The position numbers and the translations under genes are program-made. The notes under the pieces are model-generated. The model saw only the letters and a program-made list of their open reading frames with translations, was not told the DNA's origin and searched no databases. From Isurus oxyrinchus (Eukaryota), in NCBI GenBank assembly GCA_026770705.1, contig JANJGN010000071.1:1-64000 (forward strand): a stretch of 64,000 nucleotides of DNA. Reading direction: 5' to 3'. Below are positions 50,549 through 63,001 of this stretch, in pieces; position 1 is the stretch's first letter; the number at the start of each line of letters is the position of its first letter.

Positions 50549-50683
50549 GTACAGGAGCTGTTTACACTCACTCCAAAGCTTCTATCTCAGTGTGTAGACA
50601 ACACGTGTCCCTGATTCCCAGCCCAGTTACCCACTGATTTGTACCTGTGGAGTCAGCAATGGTTCAGTATCATGCTGTCTCTC

Positions 50684-51441
50684 TGTTATGACACAGCAAC
50701 TGGTAAAGGCTGTTGTTTAAAATCCCAGAGGGAAACTTTAAACAACTGTCATAACCTATATTTCCCAGTGGAATGTTTGAGATGCAGCTCTAAATTCAGG
50801 AATAAGACCATCAGTTCTTGAGATGGGTTTATATCAAACTACATGAGACATTTATTAATTTTCACAAATTAATCATATGCACATGGCTACAAACTAGTAT
50901 TATCATAACTATTTAACAAATTCCCAAACTAACGTCCTCTAAGACAACCCATAGACTTTAAGCAGATTCCAAGCGAAGCATTTTCACCTCAGAAATTCCA
51001 AATGAGGTTCCTTTCACTTTGGTTCCTTTGCAGACAGGTGTAGGCTTACAGCTGCTTTGATGTTACAAGCCTCTGCTCTGCACACACAAAACTGCTCAAG
51101 TTATACCCAGTGCTTCTCTTTGAATGTAAATTCTCATTGTATCATCAGGACCTTTGATCTCCATCTCTTCTAACTATAAATCCCGTTTCATAGTATCAAT
51201 TTTATTAGTAATATAAACATTGATTGGTTTAAGAATTCACTCCCAGGCTTTGAATCCTCCTTTTAAAAATGCAATATGCCTCTTTACCTCTTTGTTTACA
51301 TCTCAAAACTACTATACATAAAAGTACCCAGACCGGCTGTCTTTAATCCAATTAAAACACACACACACACACCCACAGACTAAACCTCTGTTTAAAAAGA
51401 CAATTTCCAATTACAATACATACATTAATAGATTCATAACG
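50684..51441. mobile_element. Solo LTR
   Basis: Termini TGTTATG...CATAAC(G); paralogous to 55054-55882. Confidence 0.75.
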
Positions 51442-51996
51442 CTCAGTCTCTGACCCTTCATCTCTCTCTCTCTCTCTCATCCTCTCTCTGATTACAAGAT
51501 TCATGTTATTGAGCCTCACACCAGGCACCTGAGTGCAGAATCCAAGCCGACACTCGCCAGAGCCATTACCGAGGGAGTGCAAGACTGACAGAGGGTCAGT
51601 ACTGAGGGAGTGCTGCACTGTCAGAGGGTCAGTACTGAGGGAGTGCTGCACTGTCAGAGGGTCAGTACTGAGGAAGACCTGTACTGTCGGAGGGTCAGTA
51701 CTGAGGGAGTGCTGCACTGCTGGAGGGTCAGTACTGAGGGAGCGCTGCACTGTCGGAGGGTCAGTACTGAGGGAGTGCTGCACTGTTGGATGGTCAGCAT
51801 TGAGGAAGTGCTGCACTATCGAAGGGTCAGTACTGAGGGAGCACTGCACTGCCATAGGTGTTTTCTTTCATAAGACATGTGAGAGAGGGTTAAACCCACT
51901 GACCCACGACTGACACTAACGAGGCTGCAGAATATTTTAACCCTATCAGTGCCAGTAAATGATGTGAGGATGCCTTCTGTTTCCATTTCTCTGTAG

Positions 51997-52245
51997 GGTA
52001 AACAGAACGTGCTGATTACTGAGCCCCGGAACACAACCAGAGACACAACTAGCGAGGGGGAGACCCCAGCTCCCCGGGGTGTCTCTGAATGTGCAGTGGG
52101 AGGCGATGCTGGACATGGGAACCCTGACAATCCCGACGAGCTTCTCTACGCCAATCCCCAAGTCTTCAGGGTGCCCAGTGGTGATGGGTCTGTCCACAGG
52201 GAAGAGCAGACGGAATACGCACAGATCAGATTCAAGAGAAACTGA
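51997..52245 (+). pseudogene. Orphan Siglec-like terminal cytoplasmic exon B (LLYANP, TEYAQI)
   Basis: Duplicate of 49062-49310 with the same acceptor; open frame to TGA; AATAAA at 52853. Confidence 0.8.
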
Positions 52246-53384
52246 GCGTGAAAAAGGCAGAGGTGGTCAGGAGGTTTGTGGATGGTGGCAGGGATGAAGA
52301 TTCTTGGGAACATGAGACAACCCACTGGGGGAGAGGGGGAGAGAGGGAGGAAGGGACTGAATGGGTCTGTGGTTGGTGTGGTTTGGAATGAAATGTTTCC
52401 CCAGTGACGACTTGATGCTGAGTCATTGGGGACAGAGATTCAGTNNNNNNNNNNNNNNNNNNNNNNNNNNNNNNNNNNNNNNNNNNNNNNNNNNNNNNNN
52501 NNNNNNNNNNNNNNNNNNNNNNNNNNNNNNNNNNNNNNNNNNNNNNNNNNNNNNNNNNNNNNNNNNNNNNNNNNNNNNNNNNNNNNNNNNNNNNNNNNNN
52601 NNNNNNNNNNNNNNNNNNNNNNNNATTAACTGGCTTTGTGAAATCAGCTTTTTGTCACCTGTCCCTAATACCTCATTATGTGTCTCTGAGATGGATTTAT
52701 ATGTAGGTAACAATCCCCTGAAGAGATTGGGGACAGTTTGTTACATTAAGTGTGCCATATAAATGCAAGTTGTTGCAGGAAAGTTGATTTGCCTCGATTC
52801 AGAATGGTAATTCGGAGGGTCCATCGACAGGGCGTGTGTGCAACAGCCTCGCAATAAATGCATTGCACGGCAACAACTAAGCATGTCCTTTGATGCTGAT
52901 GCATCCCAGTACTGCTGTGTGGACACATCACAACCGAGGGACTGCCTGACTGCGTGCAGCCAACATGGCCGAATAGTAATTAGCAGAAATGTGATGTCAC
53001 TGAACTTTGTTGACATTTCAGAAAGTGCTTTCTGAATTCTGCAACTTGTTTATTCTGTGATAGATTACAAGAAGCCTTTGCATTTTCTATAATATTACAT
53101 TTATTGTCACAAGGGATTGAAATGCCCAGACACCACCACCTGGAAGTTCGCCTCCAAGACACACATCATCCTGATTTTGAAATATATCGCCATTCCTTCA
53201 CTGCCACTAGGGTCAAAATCTTGGACTTCCTTCTCTAACTGCATTGTGGGTGTACCTACACCACATGGACTGCAGAGGGTCCGGAAGGCAGCTCACCACC
53301 ACCTTCTCAAGGTAATTAAGGATGGGCCATAAATGCTGGCCTAGCCAGTGATGCCCACTTCCCATGGAAGAATGAATATATAAA

Positions 53385-56310
53385 ATATAAAGTTGGAACA
53401 AATGAATGAAGTTATAGCACAAATAGAGATTAATGGGTACGATAAGATGGACACTGCAGAGAGTTGGTTGCAAAGTGACCAAGGTTGGAAATTGAAAATT
53501 GAAGGATATTTGGAATCTTTGAAAGGATAGGAAAAATGAAAAGGAGGTGGGGTAGCTCTGTTAATAAAAGATGAGACCTGTAAAGTAGTGAGAAATGATT
53601 TTGGCTCAGATGTCAAGATGCACAGTCAGTTTGGGTGAACATAAGGAATTGCAAGGGAAAGAAATCACTGGTGGGTTGGTTTATACTCCCCCCTGAATGT
53701 AGTTACACTGCAGGGGTAGATTATAAATCAATACATGAGGAGGTTTATGAGAAAGGCACCACATTAATCATGGGAGTTTTCAATCGTCATATGGATTAGC
53801 CAAATCAGATTAGCAAATGTAGCTTTCAGCGAGGTTATACAGATTGTATTCAGGACAGTATTTTAGAACAATCCAACATGGAACCAACCAGGGAAGAGGC
53901 TGTTTTAGTCCTGGCAATGTTTAATGAGACAAGACTAATTAACATCTCATTGTAAAGGACCCTCAAGGGAAGAGTAATCATACGGTGTTGAAATTTAATA
54001 TTCAGTTTAGAAACTTGGGTCTTAAGCTAGTGTCATAAACTTAACTAAAGGCAATTACAAGGGTTAAAAGTAGAGTCGGCCCAAGTAGAGTGGGACAGCA
54101 GGTTAAAGGGGGGTGGGTAGGTGAAGAGTAATAGGCATCTGAAGAGATCTTTCATAAATGCCAATGAAGATATTTTCCAGTAAGAAAGAAAGAATCTATA
54201 AAAAGGATGGAGCATCGGTGGCTAACTCAGGAAGCTAAGGACGGTATCCAATTGTGAGATAAAGCCGGCAATGTTGGGATGCTTAGTGATGTGCTGGAGA
54301 TTGGGAATATTTGAGAAACCAGAAAAGTGAGGGGAGAAATATAAGGAGGCAGAAATGATGATATGAGAGTAAACTAGCAAGAACCATAAACAATGACAGT
54401 GAGATGTTGTACATTAAAATAAGAGAGAAGCTACAGTAATAATGGGACACATAGAAAATCAGACTGGGGAATTAATAATGGGAAACAAGGAAATGACAGA
54501 GACTTTCAACAAGAATTTTGTGTCTGTCTTCACAGTAAAAATCTCTAAAACCATCCCAATGGCAGGAGAAAGTCACGGTGCAACAAGGAGGGAGGAACAT
54601 AAAACAATCACTATCACCAGAGAAAAAGTATTAAGAAAACTAATGAGACAAATGCTGACAAGTCCCATGGAGCAGACGGCCTGAATGTGAGGGTCTGAAA
54701 GGAAATGGCTGCAGAGACGGTGGATGCATTGGTTGTAATCTTCCAGAATTCCTTAGATTATGGGAAGGTCCCAGTGGATTGGAAAAACATAAATGAAACA
54801 TTTCTGTTCAATAAAGGGAGGAGGCAGAAAGCAAGAAACCACAGGTCAGTTAGTCTAATATCTGTCATTGAGAAAATACCAGAATTCATTATGAAGGAGG
54901 GAGCAGCAGGACATTTAGAAAACCATAATTCAATCAGACAGAGTCAACATGGGTTTGTGAAAGGGATATCATGTTTGAAAAAATAATTAGATTTCCTCGA
55001 GGATGTAACAAGTGGATTGGATAAAGGGGAACCTGTAGATGTGGTGTATTAGGGACTATGACACAGCCAAGGGTAAAGGCTGAGTTGTTCAAATCCCAGA
55101 GGGAAAATTGAAACAACTGTCGTAACCCAATTTTGCTGATTGTAATTTCGAGATGAAGACTTTGAATTCAGTAGGAATTAGACCACCGAGACTTGTGGGT
55201 TTTTTTATATAAAACTAAATAAACCATTTATTAATTTAACAACAAATTTAACACATACACATTGGCTACAAATAACTACTATAATAAATCTTTAACAAAT
55301 CCCCAATTAATCAACCCCACGTAAACCTCTACTAAGGCAACAATGAACCATTGACATAATATAGACACCAGGCAAAGCACATTTGACATTACGAATTCCG
55401 AATGAGGTTCCTTTGCAAGTTGGTTGGAGGCTACAGGCCGGTTAGGTCTGAAATGCTCCTGCCTCACACACACAAACTCCTTCCTTTATATAGCTAGCTT
55501 TCCCTTTGAATGTAAATTTTCCATTGTATCACTCGGTCTTCTGAACTCCAGCTCTTCGAACAATAAACCCCCTTTCATAGCACCAATTTCATTAGTAAGT
55601 TCAAGAAAAAACACATCTTTTGGCTCCTTCTAACTAGGTGCAAGATTTTACCCCCAGTCTGGAATGGTTTATTCAACAATTGCAAATGAACACTTTACTG
55701 TTCTCCTCACAATTCACCCAATTAACATCTCAAAACTACTAAACATCAAAGCACACAGACCAGCTGGCTTTAATCCAATTAAGACACACACAGACATACC
55801 CCTATACATGGACCACCACTAGAATTCTATTTGAAAATATTATTTCCAAGCACACGTTACACACAAATATCTCTTCATGACATTGGATTTCCAAAAGGCT
55901 TTCGATAAGGTCCCACATCAAAGGATACTGCACAGGGTGAAATTGAATGGTGTTGGGGGTGATATATTAATATGGATAGAGGACTGGCTAACTGACAGGA
56001 AACAGAGAGCCAGGATAAATGGGTGATTTTCAGCTTGGTAAACTGTAACTAGTGGAGAGCCACAGGGATCAGTGCTGAGGCCTCAACTATTCACTATCTA
56101 CATTAGTGACTTGGATGAAGACACTGACTGTACTGTAGGCAGATTTTCTGACTGTATGGTGAAGATAGGTAGGAAATATATAACCTGGGCAGGAAAGCTG
56201 GTTGTGAGGAGGACACAAAGAGGCTGCAGAGGGAGATAAATAGTTTCCGTGAGTGGATAAAATAATGTGTGGATGGAATATAAGGAGTGAAAATGTCAGG
56301 GTGTCCAGCT
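53385..56310 (+). mobile_element. Degenerate CR1-type LINE ORF2 (endonuclease plus RT), interrupted by a solo LTR
   Basis: IAQIEINGYD...ESWLQSDQGWKLKIEGY (APE domain), VIFQNSLDYGKVPVDWK, SQHGFVKG, DVVY|LDFQKAFDKVPH. Many stops. Confidence 0.9.
55054..55882. mobile_element. Solo LTR nested in the CR1 RT region
   Basis: Splits DVVY|LDF, ends in catgaCA, and has an approximate 4-bp TSD tagg/ttgg. Confidence 0.8.
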
Positions 56311-56394
56311 GATCCTACTTGTTCTGTTCTTATATTCTTATACAGACACAGGGTTTACTGACAGTGCACAGCAAAGTGCTGTTCACTCACTTTG

Positions 56395-56539
56395 TTCCAA
56401 CTTCCTCATTTTGTCTCACAGTGACACATCAGCCCTTTCTAATTAAATACACAGAGGGAGCAGCACAGGAAGAGGTCATTCAGCCCAAGCAGAGCGTGTG
56501 GGCAGTTCATCCCCAGGCGAGCAGTCGGATAGGTCCTGG
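56395..56539 (+). promoter_or_regulatory. Candidate promoter and non-coding exon 1 of Siglec-like gene B
   Basis: PU.1-type site caacttcctcatt ~56398-56410, CAGGAAG ~56466, strong donor TGG|gtaagt at 56540. The next exon has an acceptor before 56930. Confidence 0.5.
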
Positions 56540-56971
56540 GTAAGTAACAGAACGATTGGAATTCACTTCCACCACCAACACCGTCCTTTGTTGATGTTGT
56601 GACTTTATAAAGACATTTTCCAATGATCGATGCCTTTGAAAGATTTCTACTGATTATTGAGATCTGGGTGTGAGGCTCAAGTCTGTTGTACAGAACATCT
56701 TTCTAGCTCAAGGGACATGAGCTTGGGGCATCCTGAGGTGGTGAAAGGTGCTATAGAAATGCAAGTCCTTCATTGTTTTTCTTTCTGAAAGCCTTGTAAC
56801 TCTCTGCAGAGCACCTATCATCCCACAGAGAATCAAAGTAGTCTGAGAAGATATTGTCTAAAAGCAGTTCTGATCTCTCGAGAGCATTCGGACAAGAGGT
56901 GAAGTCTCATTAACTCCTTTCTCTTTCAGAACTTCAGAGTTAGAAGCTAAAGGAATATCTGGGAGTGGACA

Positions 56972-57011
56972 ATGATCGGGAAATCTTACTTCCTCCTGTC
57001 ACTTCTCCAAG
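56972..57011 (+). CDS. Siglec-like gene B, leader exon (MIGKSYFLLSLLQ-)
   Basis: Acceptor ctctttcag before 56930, ATG at 56972, phase-1 donor AAG|gtaat, in frame with the V exon at 60500. Confidence 0.85.
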
Positions 57012-57639
57012 GTAATATCATCATCAGCTCGGACAGACTTATGGTTAATAGTCTTTGTAAAAGATCATTCTTATTGACCTCTAATTGGGAACTGATTTAG
57101 CAGTGAGCCAGTGTACAAACTCACACTATGTCCCATTCATCCATCACTCCTCTGCTCACTGATATACACTGACACCCTGTCTGACAGCAGAATTGGAGGA
57201 CAGCAGAGGCCTTGGAGGGTTGTAGGGGCTGGAGAAGTGTACAGGGATAGGCAGGTTTGTAGCAGCGAGAGCAGAATCTCAAAATTCAGGTGCTGTCAGA
57301 CGTTGGTCAGTGAGCAATGGGGATTGATGGATTGAATAGAGAAGCAGGGATAAAACCTGGTGGGTGAAGCCTATCCTAATGAGAGTTATCCGATAGCAAT
57401 AACCTGAAATTTGTGTCCTTTGCTGCCTTTATTCAAAACTTCCCATGAAGACAACACAGCAGCTCCTAGAATAGACAGGCTGTTCAGTGTCACACTTCCT
57501 GTCCATTCTCACCTTGCTAGATACTTCAATAAGGGAGCAAGATAACTGAAAGAGAGAAGGGAGGCAAAGCTGTCTGTGTGTAAAACTGTCAAATATTCTG
57601 AGTTATCATGATTGTCTCTGACCTGCTGCAGAGTTTAAA

Positions 57640-57855
57640 TTTCACAGAATCTGAGCACTTTGCAGCTCAGAGAGAGACCATTGACTCACTGCCTGAAAGG
57701 GCGGTGGAAGCAGATTCAACAGGAACTTTCAGAAGGGGAACTGGATAAATACTTGAAGGGAAATTTGCAGGGATGTGCGAAAGGTGCTGGAGAGGAATTG
57801 GGAAAGAGTCAGCACATGCACGATGGGTCAAACAAGCTCCTCCTGTGTTGTATCA
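57640..57855 (+). mobile_element. CR1 3'-end fragment
   Basis: actcactgcctgaaagggcggtggaagcagattca...ctggataaatacttgaagg. Confidence 0.65.
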
Positions 57856-57884
57856 TTCAACAATCAGACAATTTAAGACCCTTG

Positions 57885-59137
57885 TCAGCAAATCTTCAGA
57901 ATCCTGCTGAATCACAGATGTTTCAGAAGGACAGGGAACAAGAAGTTTCTGGTATCAGCATTTCATGTGGGGCCCAGTTCAGTTTGAACAAAAAAAATGA
58001 CAACAGCGCCTTTGAAAGTCATGAACCCACCACAGCGGCACCTCCGACACATGCAGAGCTCAGGCTAGAGGCACTTTGTTAGTGTGTTTCACAGTGTCTG
58101 CTGGAGTAGGGTCAGTGCTGAGCTTGGGGACAAGTCAGTCTACAATGCTGCATCGGAATCAACAATACAACAATATGGGGTTTGGATCAGAAATAATCCC
58201 TTAGACAATGAGGATCCAAAGAGATTCCTTAGACAATGAGGATCCAAAGAGATTCCTTAGACAATGAGGATCCAAAGAGATTCCTTAGACAATGAGAATC
58301 CAAAGAGATTCCTTATTCCATTGGTTGTCTAACTGGGGTCCATGATTTTCCAAGGGGTCCTTGGCAGAATCTAATTATTGAGCAATAGTGTGTAAAATAC
58401 CGGAGAGAACGGGAAAGGTGGGATCAATGGAAAACTGTTCACTCTGTTTACACTAATGGGAGTTAGTCTAAGTAATGGAGACCATGAAACTATCATCGAT
58501 TGTCATACACACCCATCTGGTTCACTAATGGCCTTTAGGGAAGGAAATCTGCCGTCTATATCTGGTCTGGCCTACATGTGACTCCAGACTCATAGCAACG
58601 TGGTTCCTCTGAAATGTCCGAGCAAACCATCCAGTTCTCACCATGCTAGAAACTTCAATAAGGGAGTAAGATAACTGAAAGAGAGAAGGAAGGCAAAGCT
58701 GCTCATGTGGATAGATGTCAAATATCCTGAGTGATCATGATTGTCTCTACTCTGCTACAGAGATTATGTCACGGGACATTAGAGATGGGCAGCAAATGCT
58801 GGCCTTGGCAGCGACGCCCACATCCCATGAATGAATACATTTACAAAATCTTATTACTTGGAAGGTGCAAGTGCAGGTTGTTATGATCCTTGAGCAGACC
58901 CTCTCAGCACTGACCCTACTCCAGCAGACCCTGTGAAACACACTAACAAAGCGCCTCTCGCCTGAGCTCTGCATGTGTCGGAGGTGCCGCTGTGGTGGGT
59001 TCATGACTTTCAAAGATGGTGTTGTTTATTTGTTCAAACTGAACTGGGCCCCACACAAAACGCTGATACCAGAAACCTCTTGTTCCCTGTCCTTCTGAAA
59101 TATCCGTGACTTCAGCAGGATTCTGAAGAGTTGCTGA
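57885..59137. repeat. Inverted repeat: arms 57885-58122 and 58903-59137
   Basis: The arms are reverse complements over about 235 bp with scattered mismatches. Confidence 0.92.
58199..58315. repeat. 28-bp tandem repeat x4 (ccttagacaatgaggatccaaagagatt)
   Basis: Seen directly; one substitution in copy 4. Confidence 0.95.
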
Positions 59138-59680
59138 TGGAGGAACAGGCACCCAATTTTTTTTGATAATTTACAGTTAGGAACCAATAATATTTTGTTT
59201 CAAGTAGACGAGGTTTGAGATTTAAGACGCTTGTGAAGAGAATAAAGCTACAAGATTCCATGGCTTTTAAACAAACAAAAATAAACTTTACTGCACCAGC
59301 TCAGAAAGATAAAATAATTTACAATATCCACCTTATACTCTAACATTCTGGATTAATATGAGCTCATATGAATTAACAGACAAACTGTGGTCTCACAGCC
59401 ACATTACTCATTAAATTGTAAACGCAACCAAGACAGATCCCATGGATTTCACAACAACCCACCCGGACATCAGTGAACACTGTCAGTCAACCAATCTCAC
59501 TGAAACTCTGTTTCTCTCATGAGGGATTCCAATCTTCAACTTCGAAGATCTTGCCTTGGAATTCTCTCCAAAAGTCGCTTCAACTCGGATGGCCTCAGTG
59601 ACATTCGACCTCACAGGGTTTCCATCTCTTCTCCTGAGGCTCCATTGCCCTGGATTCCCGACTATATACTCAAGCACCAC
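58879..59680. mobile_element. LTR-like remnant interrupted by the right inverted-repeat arm
   Basis: Starts TGTTATGA like the other solo LTRs and appears to resume at about 59138. Confidence 0.45.
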
Positions 59681-60499
59681 TAGGATTAGATGAAAGGTTT
59701 TGATTGACTGGGTAGACAGAGAATGTTCCCTCTTGTGGGCAGGAGAATAACTAGAGGCCGAGTGATTGGTGATTCCTTAAAAATTGAAGAGGGAATGAAC
59801 ACCAATCAGATTGAATCAGATTAGCCAATCAGCTGTGTTGAAGAGCAGACAGGAATGTTAGGCTAATTAGTGATTCATGACGGTGATAATGGGGGGAGTT
59901 CTGAGGGCTCCTAATCCATTGTCCTGTCTTGTAAATCAGCACTGAATGGATCTCAATTGGTGCGTCTTGTAGACACTGTGTTGGGTGGAAGACTGGCTTC
60001 ACTAAGGGGAAGCGGTAGCAGAGAGGTATTGTCACTGGGCTAGTATTCCAGAGGCCCAGGGTGATGCTCTGGGGCCCTGGGTGTGAATCCTATCACAGCA
60101 GATGAATGGGATTAAAAAGCCTGGTTCACTGATCACCTGTAGGGAAGGAAATCTGCCACCCTTACCCAGTCTGGCGTACATGTCACTCCAAACCCACAGC
60201 AATGTGGTTGATTCTTAAATACCTCTGATGGACATGGGATGGGCAATAAATCCCAAGAATGAATAATTTGAAAAAAAGCTAAACTGGGTCCTGAGGACCA
60301 TGAGCCAATGTAGAATGAACTTGTCCACTCCTGCATCCAGGATTCTCTTCCATCCATTGTGAAACCTTGAGGAGTTCCTTGTGTGTCCTGTAGATGGTCC
60401 ACACTGCAGCCAATGTGCCCCAGTGATGGAGGAAGTGGATATCAAGTCTAGTGGATCGAAAAAACATCCAGAATTAAGTATTGATATTTCTCTCCACAG

Positions 60500-60865
60500 T
60501 TGGACTGTCACAAGAGTGGAAAGGTGACACTCCACAACAGGTGACAGCGCAGGAAGGTTCGTGTACACAGATCCCATGTCATTACAGTTATCCATCACAT
60601 TTGGAAAAGCAACCACGAGTTGGAATCTGGTTTAATAATGAGGAATGGAGAACATTGTCTATAGCCTTTCACTCCAAGGATCACAGTCACGAGTTACCAC
60701 GGTTCCACCATCGGACCCGGCTGTCTGGAGACCTGAAAGATGGTGACTGTTCCCTGATTATAAACAACATCAGACGGGAAGATGCAGGACCTTATTTTTT
60801 CAGAATAGAATTTGACAGCAGAAATAAATACAGCTACTATCCTGTAAGCCAGCTTCACGTTTCAG
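60500..60865 (+). CDS. Siglec-like gene B, V-set Ig exon with the essential Arg (MAG/CD22/CD33-family type)
   Basis: ccacag|TT...CAG|gtaag, 366 nt, phase 1-1. Motifs QEW, EGSCTQIPC, GDCSL, EDAGPYFFR (AGA 60802-60804) and KYSY. Confidence 0.93.
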
Positions 60866-61340
60866 GTAAGTGCTGTGTTATAATTACTCAACAATTCACT
60901 TTCAACTCTCAATGGGAAATAACACAAACTGTGACGTTTACATATTAACACAAAACACAGCTTATTATAACACACTGTCTGATTCTCAATAACCTGCTGA
61001 TAGCTTCCAGTTCAGTCCGAAAGCAACGTCTAATACTCACTTTAATATCAATGATGAAAAGCATTAACTGTATTATCAGGTTATCCACTCCCATCAATCT
61101 CTCCTGTCCTGTTTAAAAGTCTGACTTATCGATAAAAGAAAGATGTGCATTTCTGCAGCGCAATTTACCACCTCAGGAGGATCCAAATCCCTTCACAGCC
61201 AATGAAATTATTCCTGAATTGTAGTCACAGATGTTAAACACAGCAGGCAGTTTGTGCACAGCAAGATCCAACAAACCACAATGTAATAAATCACCCAGAT
61301 CACTGAGGAAATGAGAAGCCAGTGAACTCAAACCTCTGGT

Positions 61341-61375
61341 CTGATGAAGAGTCATACGGACTCGAAACGTTAACC
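61341..61375 (+). ncRNA. Minimal Penelope-type hammerhead ribozyme motif (activity uncertain)
   Basis: CTGATGA-A-GAGTC-atacg-GACTC-GAAAC-GTT: core boxes, a perfect stem II and a palindromic ACGT stem III. Stem I is weak. Confidence 0.55.
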
Positions 61376-61472
61376 CTGTCTTCCTCTCCACTGATACTGT
61401 CAGACCTGCTGAGTCTTTCCAGCAATTTTTGTTTTTGTTTCAGATTTCCAGCATCCGCAGTATTCTGCTTTT
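61341..61472 (+). mobile_element. Penelope-type terminal fragment
   Basis: Hammerhead core followed by ...tgtcagacctgctgagtctttccagc...ttcagatttccagcatccgcagta. Confidence 0.6.
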
Positions 61473-61724
61473 AACTCCAATCTCTGGTCTGAGCCTCTTC
61501 TCTCATCCAGTGTTCTCAATTCACATGTCTCGGAGTGAACGTGTATTAAGCTGAGAGACAGAAACACTACTGCCAAAGAGCAAGAAAATCTTTCCTGATC
61601 ATCGTAACCTCTCAGTTCTGATATCATCCTTGTAAAAGTGCTTTCTCTTGTGGGACTGTGGTTTCTATTTGAACTGATGCTTCACATTATATTTCTCTAA
61701 AAGGATCCATTCTCTGTCTGTTAG

Positions 61725-62021
61725 ATTTCACAGATAAACCCACGATATTCCCTGCTGAAATTATTGCAGGAAAGCGTGTGGATGTAAGCTGCACCTTCAA
61801 CACAACGTGCAATGGAACAGCAGCACCTGTCTTAACCTGGGACACTCCCACTGACGTACCTGGATCAGTCTCAAACACTGTAACTCAGCATGGTGTCAGT
61901 CTGACCTATACTTCTGTTCTGACCCTGATCCCATCACTCAAACACCACGGACACACTCTCAGCTGCAGAGTGAGATATCCATCTGTTTCATCGGAGCGGA
62001 CCCTCGTACTAACTGTGCAAG
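61725..62021 (+). CDS. Siglec-like gene B, Ig domain 2 (C2-set)
   Basis: gttag|AT...AAG|gtaag, 297 nt. DFTDKPTIFP...VSCTFNTTCNGTAAPVLTW...HGHTLSCRV, including the extra inter-domain Cys. Confidence 0.92.
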
Positions 62022-62240
62022 GTAAGAACGGACACCCTTCATTCTACATTAGCTAGAAAGCTCTACATAGTACATTGCAAGATCCCACAACTGCATTGTG
62101 TTTCGCAACAAATCAATAGTCTTTAACTGATACAAATTCACCTCTGACACTGCAGCAGTCCCTGAATACTGATTCTCCAACACTGCAGCACTCCCTCAGT
62201 ACTGAGTCTTGTTCACAATGAAATCTTTAATTGTTCTTAG

Positions 62241-62333
62241 ATGCACCACAGAATCTCTCATTTACTTCGCTTGATATGATTAATTCTTCATCGTTCAATA
62301 TAATTGAGGGGTTCATAACCATCACTGTGGAAT
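62241..62333 (+). CDS. Siglec-like gene B, internally deleted Ig mini-exon (31 codons)
   Basis: cttag|AT...AAT|gtgagt, 93 nt, in frame. Equals exon 63002-63283 minus 189 nt. Confidence 0.65.
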
Positions 62334-63001
62334 GTGAGTTAATGCAAACTTCAACATCACTCACACACACAAACACACACACATGCAGAAACATACACAA
62401 TCTCAACTCACACAAGCACACACACACACACACACACACACACATGCATAGACAGACACACGTGCGCACACACACACAAACACACATGAGTGCGTGCACA
62501 CACACAGATCCTTATTTTACAGAAACATACAGACACAAGCCAACAGACACAAACACACACAAAAACATGTGGGTTCCCTCTCCTCTCCCAGTGCTGCACT
62601 GGAGTCTCAGTATCAGCTCCGAATCTGTGTTGAAGGAAGGTAAACTCCAGATCATCAAGACACTGAACTGCATGGAGCAACCTCCTGAACAGAGAATTGT
62701 AGATTTACCCCTCAGTGCTCCATTGGTCAAATACAATTCATTGCCTTTGAAGCCTTTGTGGACATCCTGAGGATCTGAAAGGGAGTTTCCTGCATTCTAG
62801 ATGGACACCTCCACTGGTGGGAGAATGTAACTGCAGTGTGACAGTTTACATAGGCAGTGCCCATTGTAAATGTGAAATAAGTTCTTATCCTGAGGGAATG
62901 TGTACCTGGAAATGCATTCAGACATCAGATACAGAGACATGATGCATGGAGTCTTGCTGTGCACTATATTTGCTCATATTAAAATTTTTCTATGTTTATA
63001 G

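Noticed and set aside
41358-58315. CRISPR-like arrays (28, 33, 37 and 43 bp repeats)
   Set aside because: Head-to-tail repeats without unique spacers, no cas genes, vertebrate context.
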